NCBI GenBank assembly: GCA_040285745.1
Contig: JAUFOR010000001.1
Location: 992,001 to 1,056,000, forward strand
Direction of reading: 5' to 3'
DNA length: 64,000 nt
Origin: Barthelona sp. PCE
Lineage: Eukaryota
The notes beneath the pieces were generated by a model. It was not told where the DNA came from. It searched no databases and was given only the letters and a program-made list of their open reading frames with translations. The translations under genes and the position numbers were made by a program. Positions 13,432 to 23,289 of this stretch are shown one piece after another (within the stretch, counting starts at the first letter, position 1; each line of letters begins with the position of its first letter).

Positions 13432-16400
13432 ATGTCAGAAGAACAAGTTTTACAACCTAAAGATGAGGAAAACCCACTCAATATTGAGGATGAAGTGATT
13501 GTTGAGCAGATTGGAAAAATGTTCACTGTTCTCAAACATGATGAGGGGCTTGAAGCGGTAGAGGTCGATTCTAAATACGATTGCTGCTACGTTCAGCTGC
13601 ATATGGATACAGGAACCGTTACCGAACTGGATAACTATTCCTCAACATCTCAGTTCATAAGTAAGCGTGTTACAAATGAGCTAAAAAGCACCGTTATCCA
13701 TAAGGGAGATATACAGAACATCATAAGTGATCGTTCAGGAACGCAGCGTGTCAATCCAGTCAATGACATTGTGCAGTACCTTCGTTGTGGAGGATGTCAC
13801 AAATCCATAATCCATGAGGCGACAAGCAAGGACAGTCCCGACGAGGTCACGCCTATAAAGTGGTATTTTGTCTTTAAGAATGCTGGTCTAGCCAATTTAC
13901 TAAATCCAGTAATTCAAGATAAACACGCACTGGCATATGCGAAGAAGCACAAGGTGAAGATCGACAAACACCTCGATCAGAACAAGAAAAACGCGCTTAA
14001 ATCGATTGTGACACGTGTTAAGCTATGTCTAAACAAGAACCACGTTGCGTTTGAAGCAAAGAACTCCGATATATTCATGTGTAAGTGCTTGGGCGACAAC
14101 ATATATCTCACAAAGAGCGAGTGCGTTGCTGACCAAACAAAACTGAGCGAAGTATACCTGTTTTCATCTCAAACAGCACAATCGTTAGAGGATGGCATGC
14201 AATCAAGTGCTCGCTTTGAAAACGTGGTCGAAAAAGGAACGCTGGAAAAGAATCTAAGCGAAATGAGGGAACAGCTAAAGCCAAGTCTATCACTTTTGTT
14301 CAAGGGCGTGGAGATACCTGACGAAATGAAGGTGAAGGGCGTCGATTTCTCTCTACATAGCAACAGTGATCTTGTTGAGCATGTAATTGCGCACTGTTTG
14401 GAGCAAAGAATTACCCACATCGAGTTTGATCTTAACGTATTCGTTAGAGAGAAGAGATTCTACTATGTTCTACACTTCCGTGTTCCATATTTTGCTGGAC
14501 GCCATCAGGAAAGACTGGGAGCTGATGGCCTGTTCAAACCTGACGACGAAATAACAGTCAACGGTAATATCGTGAAGCGTGGTGACGCGCTTTCCGCTCT
14601 TGGCGGTATGTCCTTGCTCGTAAACTGTGGTACTTTCGACAAGGATGATCCAACGTCAATCTCAGATATGTTTGCAGGCGAAATGACCAAGATGAATCTG
14701 CTAAAACACGACGAGAGTAAGGGATATCTTGTTGTACTACATAGCGTCTATCTTCCTCTCATACATCACTCTTTCGTATCACTTCAGCGAGCATATAAGT
14801 ATTTCGTATTCGTTCCCAACTATAATGACTACATAAACAATGTTATCAGCGTCCCATTCCCAACGATAAAGAGCCCATCGTTTTACAAATCGTACAGCGC
14901 CTTTGCATCCTCGTATGGTGGCTTTGTCATGTACGAGGAGGAGCTTGGCAAGAAGAATATTGAGTTTTCATCATCATTCGAGGAGCGCTCAAAGCAGTGG
15001 TATAAGTATTACAATGTGGCTGAGTTTTTTTTGGCAGAAGAGGTGTATGATGACAGAAGCATGTTTGTACCTTTCACTTACCTCAAAACAGTACACAATC
15101 TATACATTCAGCACCATGAGCAGCTGACAAAGAAGTTTTCGACAGCATATGAAAACCACTATGTTCGCAAGTACAAGAGGGCAAAGTTCGATAGTATTCC
15201 ATGGGATTGCTTCATCGATCGCTCATTTGAATGCGCGATGTCACTTATCCTAATGTGTGAGGTTCGTGGTATGGAGTTGGAGGACAACAAAGGTTATTTA
15301 AGTGCTTGCAAGGCTATTAATATGCATTCACTGCCAAAGATGCGTGTTTTTTATGATCCACTGATTACTGATCTAAAGAGTGTGTTTGTCTTTCTTGAAC
15401 CCGTTTACTACGCCCTCAATCGCATCTTTTTTGATGTTGAATTTGTTGAGCCTGACGGATTTGACGTAAGCGAAACGATTGCATTCTTTACAAATATTGT
15501 CGAGCATTTCCCTCAGTTGGCAGAGAACATCGAACTGTCTCCTGACGGATGCGTCATCACCCCTGATGACTGGACGCTCCAACCCCAGCACTGGTTCGTT
15601 CTACACATGATGTATCGTTTCTTTGTTGCACCAATGTTGGATCTAGTGATGACTGATGATAGAACAACTTCAGAAGTGTATATAAGCTTCATACAGTTGT
15701 TACACGATGTATATGAGGAGCGTTGGTTGTACTACAACACGCTTCCTATTCTGTTCAACGAGGAGGATTCCGTTCTGCCAACGGATGAAACCATTGAGTA
15801 CATAGAGCTTGGGACAACGGTGCTCAGTGCTATTCATTTTCTATTGGAGTCCTACTTTTGCAAGCACCTCTTTAGTGAACCGGTGCTCTATGGGCTGCTT
15901 TTGAGCCCTAGCGTTTCTGTGTTGCACAAGTCTATGTTCATAAAGTATCTAGCTCCCTTGCTCCGCTTCTCTACTTTGGATCTGTCCACAGAAGAGGACT
16001 TCATGAGACCGGCTGATGGACATGTTGACATGCAGCCTGATTTTTGCCGTTATGTGTGCCACATGGTATGCGACTTATTCGGGTGCATCGATGTTGAGAC
16101 GGTTCGTGAGGAGAAAGAGCAAGCCAAGGCCGCGGAAAAGCTTGCTGCAAGAAAGAGGAGGAGGAAAAAGCGTAAAGTTGCAAAAGTTAAAGTGGAAGAT
16201 GAAGAAGATACTGTTCAAATTTCTGGAAACCCAATCGGGAAGCGTAGAAACGCTCTTCAGCTCACTGAAATCGACACAAATGCCGTCAAAAATCGCCTTC
16301 ACAATAGATATGAAGCCGAAAATGTCGCCTTCAACCTTTTAGATCATGTTTTTACCAATCTTGCAACTTTTTCGGCTGAAATCGAGCAATGTAGAGACTT

Positions 16401-16518
16401 TGCACGTAAGAGCGACGATCTAAAGACAGCACTGGTTCATGCAATGAACGTATACCCGCACCACACCCATACAGCGATAATGGCATCGCCACCGTTCACC
16501 ATGACAGACTATTCATAA
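13432..16518 (+). CDS. Hypothetical protein, 1028 aa, with a basic NLS-like patch (RKRRRKKRK) near the C-terminus
   Basis: Long ORF with coding-like composition; I recognise no family. Confidence 0.8.
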   Translation: MSEEQVLQPKDEENPLNIEDEVIVEQIGKMFTVLKHDEGLEAVEVDSKYDCCYVQLHMDTGTVTELDNYSSTSQFISKRVTNELKSTVIHKGDIQNIISDRSGTQRVNPVNDIVQYLRCGGCHKSIIHEATSKDSPDEVTPIKWYFVFKNAGLANLLNPVIQDKHALAYAKKHKVKIDKHLDQNKKNALKSIVTRVKLCLNKNHVAFEAKNSDIFMCKCLGDNIYLTKSECVADQTKLSEVYLFSSQTAQSLEDGMQSSARFENVVEKGTLEKNLSEMREQLKPSLSLLFKGVEIPDEMKVKGVDFSLHSNSDLVEHVIAHCLEQRITHIEFDLNVFVREKRFYYVLHFRVPYFAGRHQERLGADGLFKPDDEITVNGNIVKRGDALSALGGMSLLVNCGTFDKDDPTSISDMFAGEMTKMNLLKHDESKGYLVVLHSVYLPLIHHSFVSLQRAYKYFVFVPNYNDYINNVISVPFPTIKSPSFYKSYSAFASSYGGFVMYEEELGKKNIEFSSSFEERSKQWYKYYNVAEFFLAEEVYDDRSMFVPFTYLKTVHNLYIQHHEQLTKKFSTAYENHYVRKYKRAKFDSIPWDCFIDRSFECAMSLILMCEVRGMELEDNKGYLSACKAINMHSLPKMRVFYDPLITDLKSVFVFLEPVYYALNRIFFDVEFVEPDGFDVSETIAFFTNIVEHFPQLAENIELSPDGCVITPDDWTLQPQHWFVLHMMYRFFVAPMLDLVMTDDRTTSEVYISFIQLLHDVYEERWLYYNTLPILFNEEDSVLPTDETIEYIELGTTVLSAIHFLLESYFCKHLFSEPVLYGLLLSPSVSVLHKSMFIKYLAPLLRFSTLDLSTEEDFMRPADGHVDMQPDFCRYVCHMVCDLFGCIDVETVREEKEQAKAAEKLAARKRRRKKRKVAKVKVEDEEDTVQISGNPIGKRRNALQLTEIDTNAVKNRLHNRYEAENVAFNLLDHVFTNLATFSAEIEQCRDFARKSDDLKTALVHAMNVYPHHTHTAIMASPPFTMTDYS

Positions 16519-16526
16519 AAAAACAT

Positions 16527-17567
16527 TTATTCCATAATAACGGTTTTGATGTACTCATGGATTGCCGCTGCTGTTCTCTTCTTGAGATCGCCTGTCTTTA
16601 GCTGACCCGCTGCATACTGTCCTCGCAGCTCATCCAATGTAACGAGCATCGATACATCATCGCAGTACAGAAGGAAGAGCAAGTACATCGGGACATCAAT
16701 ATCAACGTTTCCTCCCTGCTCCTGGTGCTCCTCTAAGGTACGCCCGCCACCGGAAAAGGCCAGCTTGTTAATTTTCTTAGTGATCTTCTTCTCAGTGAGG
16801 CCGTACTGAAGTGTACGAGCAGGCTGATCAGTTGGAGGGGTTGAAAGACCCGCAAGAGACGGGATTGGCTTGATGCTCACGACAGCGGGAGCGCCAAACT
16901 GCTCGGAGGGGAAGAGTGTGTAAAGATGAGTGCTATCAACAGGTAAGAGAGCAAGGCATTTGCTGACAGCGACGTCAATAGCACCTTCTGACAGCTCAGC
17001 AACTAGGGGCGCGAAGAAACGGGGGCATAGACCAACCATCTGGGGCATAATGTCACCGAAATTGTCCAAACGAGTTGTTGCTGTGAAACCACACGTTTTT
17101 AGAGAGTCACCAATGACGGTATACTTGCCAATCTCGCATACATATGCATATATTGTGGCGATATGACGGTTGGCATCATAGAAAAAGGTCTTGGTGGGGT
17201 CAAATCCTAACTTAGAAAGGAATTGCTTAGCGCGAGAGTACTCATCAACGTATTCTACGTTAGTCATTTGGATGAACACTGGGACATCCATGATTTGCTG
17301 CAACTCGGCAATACAGTGCAAGTAGTAATGCTTCTCAAAACACAAAAAATCAGCATCGTAATCGTAAGTCGTAAAGATATAACAATCGTTGCCCTTAAGT
17401 GTCTCGAGGTTATTCACACCGTACGCTAAGCCAGATGCAAACAGCTTAGGCATAAGGGGTGTTTGTAAAGAAAGATTTTCGCGAGTCTCACTATCGTTAG
17501 GAGTGCAAAGGTAGAACTTGGTCTTTAATTCGTTCACATCCACACATGTGTTAGTGTCGTATTTCAT
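16527..17567 (-). CDS. Tryptophanyl-tRNA synthetase-like protein (eukaryote/archaeal type) with degenerate HIGH and KMSAS motifs; probable pseudoenzyme
   Basis: The anticodon-binding region KKINKLAFSGGGRTLEEHQEQGGNVDIDV...YAAGQLKTGDLKK and the segment VPVFIQMT match eukaryotic TrpRS. The HIGH position reads FLCFEKH and the KMSAS position reads GLSTPPTDQP. Confidence 0.8.
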   Translation of the reverse strand: MKYDTNTCVDVNELKTKFYLCTPNDSETRENLSLQTPLMPKLFASGLAYGVNNLETLKGNDCYIFTTYDYDADFLCFEKHYYLHCIAELQQIMDVPVFIQMTNVEYVDEYSRAKQFLSKLGFDPTKTFFYDANRHIATIYAYVCEIGKYTVIGDSLKTCGFTATTRLDNFGDIMPQMVGLCPRFFAPLVAELSEGAIDVAVSKCLALLPVDSTHLYTLFPSEQFGAPAVVSIKPIPSLAGLSTPPTDQPARTLQYGLTEKKITKKINKLAFSGGGRTLEEHQEQGGNVDIDVPMYLLFLLYCDDVSMLVTLDELRGQYAAGQLKTGDLKKRTAAAIHEYIKTVIME

Positions 17568-17906
17568 TTTGCTAATGCAAAAACGATGAAATGGGAAGAT
17601 TTGAAAAAAGTACTTTACTAAACAGTTCTAAGCTTACAAAATGTTTCAAACATATTGAATCAATCTCAGCAATATGTAAATATTTATTGAACTATGTCGA
17701 TTTAAGTCTTATCTAACCTAACGCAATACATTTCAGTTTTTTCAGGATTTTTGACAAATCCTGATTGGATTCACTTGCTAAAGATGTGCTGCATCATAAT
17801 TTGTTCTTTAAACAAAAAACAAACCACAATACGGCTCAACTTAAACAAATGAATACAAGACCAAATTGTAAAACCGCAAGACCGGATAAATCCTAAAGCA
17901 ACATAG

Positions 17907-18566
17907 CTAATACAAACCAAAGGAAAAAGGATGAACAAACTGCATGGGTACCCAGTTGAAACACGAACAAATTGCATCGTAGTCAGAGTCTGATGATGAC
18001 TCGCTGTAATTCAAATCCAGAGTGAGATGATCCTCGTCAGAAGAAGGATCCCAATCAGACATGTTTTCTCTCATCAAGGGACTCTCCTCTTCTCCAACAG
18101 ATACTTCTTGAAACTCACAAGAGTGGTAAACTTCCTTCTCTTCTGCTTCAAATACTTCTTGAAACTCACAGTATGGGTCAATTTCCATTGCTTTTTCAAA
18201 GATAAATTGTTGTAACTCACGATAACTTTTCTTCTTCTGTAAAACTTCACTGCAACATTCAACAAAGTCAAGAATTAGCTTATAGACGTGCTCCTTCACT
18301 CTAGCGGTGGTAGGACCAGATCTCTTGCCTTTTGCTGAATGTCGCTTCAGTGTACTACGACTTTTTCCAAATTTCCCGGCTTGCTTAAATAACCAGTCCG
18401 CGCTTGTTCTTGGGATCCCGGAAGGGTCAAGGACTCTCTGAAAGAAGTCTTCTAAGTCATTTTTGAAGTAACTTAGAACTTGTTTCATGTTTCCTGGGTA
18501 TTTTCGACTTTCAATCGAACAAGACGCTGATTTCCTGGCTAATGTTTTACGTTTACGACTGGGCAT
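17907..18566 (-). CDS. Hypothetical protein, ~219 aa, basic N-terminus and acidic C-terminus, in an AT-rich island
   Basis: The frame is open from 18728, but the plausible start is the ATG at 18566 (MPSRKRKTL). An internal 19-bp duplication encodes CEFQEV twice. Confidence 0.55.
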   Translation of the reverse strand: MPSRKRKTLARKSASCSIESRKYPGNMKQVLSYFKNDLEDFFQRVLDPSGIPRTSADWLFKQAGKFGKSRSTLKRHSAKGKRSGPTTARVKEHVYKLILDFVECCSEVLQKKKSYRELQQFIFEKAMEIDPYCEFQEVFEAEEKEVYHSCEFQEVSVGEEESPLMRENMSDWDPSSDEDHLTLDLNYSESSSDSDYDAICSCFNWVPMQFVHPFSFGLY

Positions 18567-19261
18567 AGTACTGTTTTTAAAAAATGAAGTTTTAAAAAGG
18601 AAGAAAAAATTATTGCACATTAGTTTGAACTTTTCAATAAACAGAAAATGAAAAATATTATGTTTGCTAAAAATAAAGCTGTTTCTACAAAAAATTTGCA
18701 TACAAATCTGAATAGAAAGCATGAGCAAAAAAAGTTCACAAACTAGAACTCAATAATGCTCAAAAACCTATAAGTAAGCCCACTAATCAACACTCCGGCG
18801 GCAAAAATATTCCTAACATATGAACGTTGTGGGAAAGTTCCAATCTGCTCCTTTCTTTAAAAGGAGTTTTGTGTGATCGTTTCTTCCCCAACGTAACTGT
18901 ATCTAACAGATTAATTTTATGAAATTCGCTTGAAAGTAAGAAAATCGAATACACCTCACAAATGGACCAATTCACTCTAATGTGCTCTAAATCTATATAT
19001 TCTTACTTTTACCTGTTTAAACATGCCAAATATCCACAAATACGCACTTTATATTCACAATCATCCAACACTGCACAAGAAAGTGGTTCACTCAATACTT
19101 TGGCCTAATAGGTATATAATCGTGCTGAACGTGAGTTATATTTCTTAACAGGGTCTTTGTTTAGCAACAGAAGCTCATGCACAGCACAAAACATTGTTTA
19201 CACTTTTTGCTCCTCTTTCGCCACATTTTTAGGCACTTTATTGTAACAACATCACCACTAT

Positions 19262-21172
19262 ATGACTTTACCCAAATTTTTCGAAACCACATTGGCAAAA
19301 GACGAGTGTTCAGTGTGTCTAATAGATGCAGAATCAGAAAGCATGTATCTATGTATTGAATGCGGAGAAGTTTTCTGTCTTGAGCATGCACTCGCACACA
19401 ACGAAATCACTGCACATAGCGTGTACTGTACATGCACTGTTGAGTTCACCGAACCATCCGGTGAGCAAACAGAACTCTCCATCGGGACGGATAAAGGATT
19501 CAAGACCGGCACCCGTGAGTTCTCATACGGGCTCATACGCCTGCCCACTTTCGAAGAAATCGAAGGAGCAGAAGGTCAGGCTATCATCAACACTGTTGAA
19601 TCTTGCAACAGCTTCATTAATGGACAAAAGGTCGACGAGTGGAAGATGCAAAAAAAGCAGTGCGGTCACCTGAGCCCCCTGGACGGTATGGCTGCTGCCG
19701 AAACGAACAACGTGGAGTGCTGCAGTCACCCAGGTTGTGACCAGACAACAAACCTCTGGGTGTGTCTCGACTGCGGTCATATTGGCTGTGGAAGGCGACA
19801 GGGCGACGGTTCTGGTGGCAACGAACACGCTATCGAGCATTCTAGGACCACAGGCCATCAAGTTGTTCTCAACGCCGGAACGCTGCATCTTGCAGAGCCT
19901 GATGTTTTTTGTTACGAATGCGACGATATGTGCGTGATCCCTGATCTGCCAGAGCGCCTTGAGCACTTTGGTGTCCACTCACAGCTCAAGGAAAAATCAC
20001 TCATCGAACGCGATATCAAGCTCAACCAAGACTACTCCTTTTCTGCTGAGATGGAGGGAACGCAGGATGGTATTGCCCCAGCGTTCGGCCCAGCGCTGTA
20101 CGGGATCCGCAACATTGGTAACACATGTTTCGCAGCCGTTGTCTTCCAACTCATGTTGAACGTTGGCCCAGTCGTGGAGCAGATATGTGCAACCCCAACC
20201 CACCTCATGGGAGCCTCTTACTCTCTCGCTCAGCAGATGCGTAGGGTCTTTCAGGGACTCACATCTGAACTGCCAAGCACATATAGAAGACTGCCGCACA
20301 ATACAGAAGAGTGTATACAAAAGGGTGTTTTGCTTCAGAACCTCTTCAACGTAATGGCCGTACGGTATCCGATGTACGCAGCATACGAGCAACAGGATGC
20401 TTTTGAGTATTTGATGAACTTGTTGAATGTGCTCGAGGAGGACTGTAGCGTTGACCTGTCATCACTAGAGATGCTGTGTACGGACGGGGACAAGGTCAGA
20501 AAGCAGAGATCTATCCTCACAACATATGCTATCACCGAACCGGGCTCGTATGATTTGCTCAGCCTGGTGCGGACGAAGTGCGATCCATTCACTGTCGCTT
20601 GCCCCCCAGAATTCCTCTTTGTGTGTATCAACCGCTATTATTATGATGTCGAGCAGATGAAACCCGTAAAGTGCGATGTCAGCGTCAATGCACCACCCAT
20701 TCTGGATTTCTCATCCTTTATCGACCAGAACCCTGCACAGGAGTACCAGTGGGCCAAGGCTGCTGCACCCTCCATTCATCCGAACGATGAACAGCTCATG
20801 ATGTTTGCGGCAATGGGAATTGATGCTGATGTCGCTATCAACGCGTTTATCAAGTGCAACGGCGATATGAATAACGCAGTTAACTACGCATTCGACCACC
20901 CTAGCGAGAAATATAGCAGCGGTGAGGCTGGCTCCGATCTCGAGTTGAACAATACCATACGCCGCAACATCCAACGTACCCCCATGTACGAGCTCACGGG
21001 TCTCATCACACATAAGGGCGGGTGCTCGACTGTTGGCCACTACATTGCACATGCTATCAGATCGGTAAACGGAGAAAGCAAATGGGCCCTCTTCAACGAT
21101 AGCAAGGTTGGTGTCATATCCGAGCCACCTACTCAACAAGCTTATGTTTACATGTATAAGTTAAGAAGCTAA
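19262..21172 (+). CDS. Ubiquitin C-terminal hydrolase, USP5/USP13 (Ubp14)-like: ZnF-UBP + USP catalytic domain + UBA
   Basis: NLWVCLDCGHIGCGR...NEHAIEH ZnF-UBP; Cys box GIRNIGNTCF; QQDAFEY; UBA-like AMGIDADVAINAFIKCNGDMNNAVNY; His box THKG..STVGHYIAH...WALFNDSKV. Confidence 0.92.
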   Translation: MTLPKFFETTLAKDECSVCLIDAESESMYLCIECGEVFCLEHALAHNEITAHSVYCTCTVEFTEPSGEQTELSIGTDKGFKTGTREFSYGLIRLPTFEEIEGAEGQAIINTVESCNSFINGQKVDEWKMQKKQCGHLSPLDGMAAAETNNVECCSHPGCDQTTNLWVCLDCGHIGCGRRQGDGSGGNEHAIEHSRTTGHQVVLNAGTLHLAEPDVFCYECDDMCVIPDLPERLEHFGVHSQLKEKSLIERDIKLNQDYSFSAEMEGTQDGIAPAFGPALYGIRNIGNTCFAAVVFQLMLNVGPVVEQICATPTHLMGASYSLAQQMRRVFQGLTSELPSTYRRLPHNTEECIQKGVLLQNLFNVMAVRYPMYAAYEQQDAFEYLMNLLNVLEEDCSVDLSSLEMLCTDGDKVRKQRSILTTYAITEPGSYDLLSLVRTKCDPFTVACPPEFLFVCINRYYYDVEQMKPVKCDVSVNAPPILDFSSFIDQNPAQEYQWAKAAAPSIHPNDEQLMMFAAMGIDADVAINAFIKCNGDMNNAVNYAFDHPSEKYSSGEAGSDLELNNTIRRNIQRTPMYELTGLITHKGGCSTVGHYIAHAIRSVNGESKWALFNDSKVGVISEPPTQQAYVYMYKLRS

Positions 21173-21195
21173 GCCTTTATTAACTAAATAAACAG

Positions 21196-21966
21196 TTAGT
21201 AATTGAGAGGAACTTGGGGTAAGAAAATAAAGGGCAGACCGCTTGCAACGAAAACAACAATGCCGAATGTCCACATACCAAGCATATAGTATGGCCATTC
21301 GCCCATAAGCAGGGGGTTTGACACGTCAGGTTTCGATTTTGAAAAGAAATAATTTGCCTTTCCTCCAATCAAAAGATTAAGAGGATAGCTGATGACGCTC
21401 ATGACCCAGGCAATTAGGAAAGCGAGCAAAGAAGAAATAAAGCGGGGGCGAAGGTTCACAACAAACACAGAATAGAATGCTGTGATACAGATGAGACCAT
21501 GGGATACAAAGAAGGATAGTTGTCTAAAACTGAATGATGCAGGTGCATCTGGGGTCAATATGGCAACAAGGGCAGGGAAACTCCAATACCAGAGGATCTC
21601 CCAAAGGAAACGATTATCCGGAATAAAAAGTGTAAGAAGAAAAACGAGTAAAACAGAAAAAAAACACAGATGACAAGGGGCGCGCAATTGTAAGTATTCT
21701 CTCCATCCCTCACGCATAAAGGAACCAACCTGAAGAATAACCTCATTGACACCAATAACGATACCAATAAAACGGCGAATCCAAAGGTTGGTTTGCTGTG
21801 AAATGTTGCCAAAAAGAATTAATGCAACACCTGCAAGTAAGATCACAAGCATGTATCTAATATGTGTTTGACTAAAATTCTGAAGTTTAGCAGTTTTGCT
21901 ATTATCGGATTCTGGTTTGTAAGCATTTTTAACGATGGCCTCGCTGCTGGCACTACGAACGGGCAT
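21196..21966 (-). CDS. YwaF / TMEM164-family integral membrane protein
   Basis: Several TM segments with APCHLC, ALVAILTPD, FFVSHG and ANYFFSKSKP..NPLLMGEWPYY, motifs of the bacterial YwaF-type family. First ATG is at 21966. Confidence 0.75.
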   Translation of the reverse strand: MPVRSASSEAIVKNAYKPESDNSKTAKLQNFSQTHIRYMLVILLAGVALILFGNISQQTNLWIRRFIGIVIGVNEVILQVGSFMREGWREYLQLRAPCHLCFFSVLLVFLLTLFIPDNRFLWEILWYWSFPALVAILTPDAPASFSFRQLSFFVSHGLICITAFYSVFVVNLRPRFISSLLAFLIAWVMSVISYPLNLLIGGKANYFFSKSKPDVSNPLLMGEWPYYMLGMWTFGIVVFVASGLPFIFLPQVPLNY

Positions 21967-22088
21967 GGGCTTCTCTAGAAAATGGGTGAAATAAAAGAAA
22001 GCGACTGCCACTTGTCAAATCTTTTATCACCACATGTTTTCGCTATTCTTCCTATTTCATCAACGTTTGATTGTCCCCTTCTATCCGC

Positions 22089-22757
22089 ATGAGCTTTAAA
22101 GAGCTTCAAAAGACACTAGCAGGTTTAGATGACAAGATCGGATTCTTTGAATCTCAGCTTAAGGAATTACAAAGCCCACCCAAAAACTACAAGCAACCAG
22201 CACATACTGGCCCCATCAAGGTGAGCCCTCCACCTTTCCAAATGCCCGCAGACAATAACACACAACATGATTTTACAACGTCTTTTAGGAATATGTCTCC
22301 TCCAAAGCAATACAAAAAGCCTGCTCCGAGACCTGTACCATTTCTAAGTAACAGAGACAACCCAGAACTCCTTGATGATCAAGTTTCACAGTGTCTTTCA
22401 ACTGGTCGGGATTTACTGAATGAGATCAGGAGAAGCATCCTGCCCAAACACACGCTTACGTCCTCAACAAACACACACATGCCAGGAATCGCATACAGTC
22501 CGATGAGCAATCGCTCTCACCTCACATACACAGGTAGCATCGTCACACCATCTTTGAACCAGACTACATATCACCGCAAGAAGCTGCTTGAGGATCAGAA
22601 GGATATACTTAGCCGTTCATCTGTGCTGACCACAAGCATTTTGCATTCAATTAAAGACAAACCAATCAAAAAACCAATCAAACTGAATGATGATATTGAT
22701 GAGGATGATGATTTCCTTAACACAATTCGGATGCGTAACTCAACTCTTCATTTTTGA
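22089..22757 (+). CDS. Hypothetical low-complexity protein with an N-terminal coiled coil
   Basis: ATG at 22089 (MSFKELQKTLAGLDDKIGFFESQLKELQ); Pro/Ser-rich; its 3' end overlaps the convergent gene. Confidence 0.65.
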   Translation: MSFKELQKTLAGLDDKIGFFESQLKELQSPPKNYKQPAHTGPIKVSPPPFQMPADNNTQHDFTTSFRNMSPPKQYKKPAPRPVPFLSNRDNPELLDDQVSQCLSTGRDLLNEIRRSILPKHTLTSSTNTHMPGIAYSPMSNRSHLTYTGSIVTPSLNQTTYHRKKLLEDQKDILSRSSVLTTSILHSIKDKPIKKPIKLNDDIDEDDDFLNTIRMRNSTLHF

Positions 22758-23260
22758 TTGAATATTGTACTCTTTTGGGTGTTGTCAAGGAAAGTTCTAC
22801 CTTGATCAATACGCTTTTTGTGAATACCAGAGCTCTGTAAAGGTTGTTTTCTATCCAGGTCCTCCTCCTGTCTCTTCTTCTGAAGAAGAACCTGCAAATC
22901 GTGGATGGTCGGATTCGTTTGTATCCTGTATGTATCCTCAAGCTCACGCTCCTCTGGTGACAGGAGCTTCCTTCTTGATTCCTCTGCCTCACGTTGTTCC
23001 TCCTCTTCGTTATTGACAACAACGGTGGAAAGACGAGCAAGTTCTCTTTGCACCCATTCTGTAATTCCTGCAGTGATATCAAACTCCTCACACTCTTTCC
23101 CTTCTGTGCTTGGTTGTTCATCAATGATAGTCTTAAGGAAACGAAGAACTGAAGCACCATTGTCAGTTTCATCAACTTTTTGCACTTTCTTTGGCGGAAC
23201 AAACATTGGAACCCCACTGGAAAACTGCCCGTCGTCGTCTTCTGAATCGAACCCGAACAT
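22748..23260 (-). CDS. Hypothetical acidic/charged protein, 170 aa
   Basis: ORF starting MFGFDSEDDDG, 29 nt after the IleRS stop; coding-like composition. Confidence 0.7.
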   Translation of the reverse strand: MFGFDSEDDDGQFSSGVPMFVPPKKVQKVDETDNGASVLRFLKTIIDEQPSTEGKECEEFDITAGITEWVQRELARLSTVVVNNEEEEQREAEESRRKLLSPEERELEDTYRIQTNPTIHDLQVLLQKKRQEEDLDRKQPLQSSGIHKKRIDQGRTFLDNTQKSTIFNQK

Positions 23261-23289
23261 TAATAAAGAAATAAATTACAAAACGCTAT

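Noticed and set aside
16527-17567. Alternative genetic code (UGA=Trp or UAR=Gln) suggested by the second TrpRS or by a metamonad origin
   Set aside because: Long genes have no in-frame stops, and TAA, TAG and TGA all terminate ORFs in this window.
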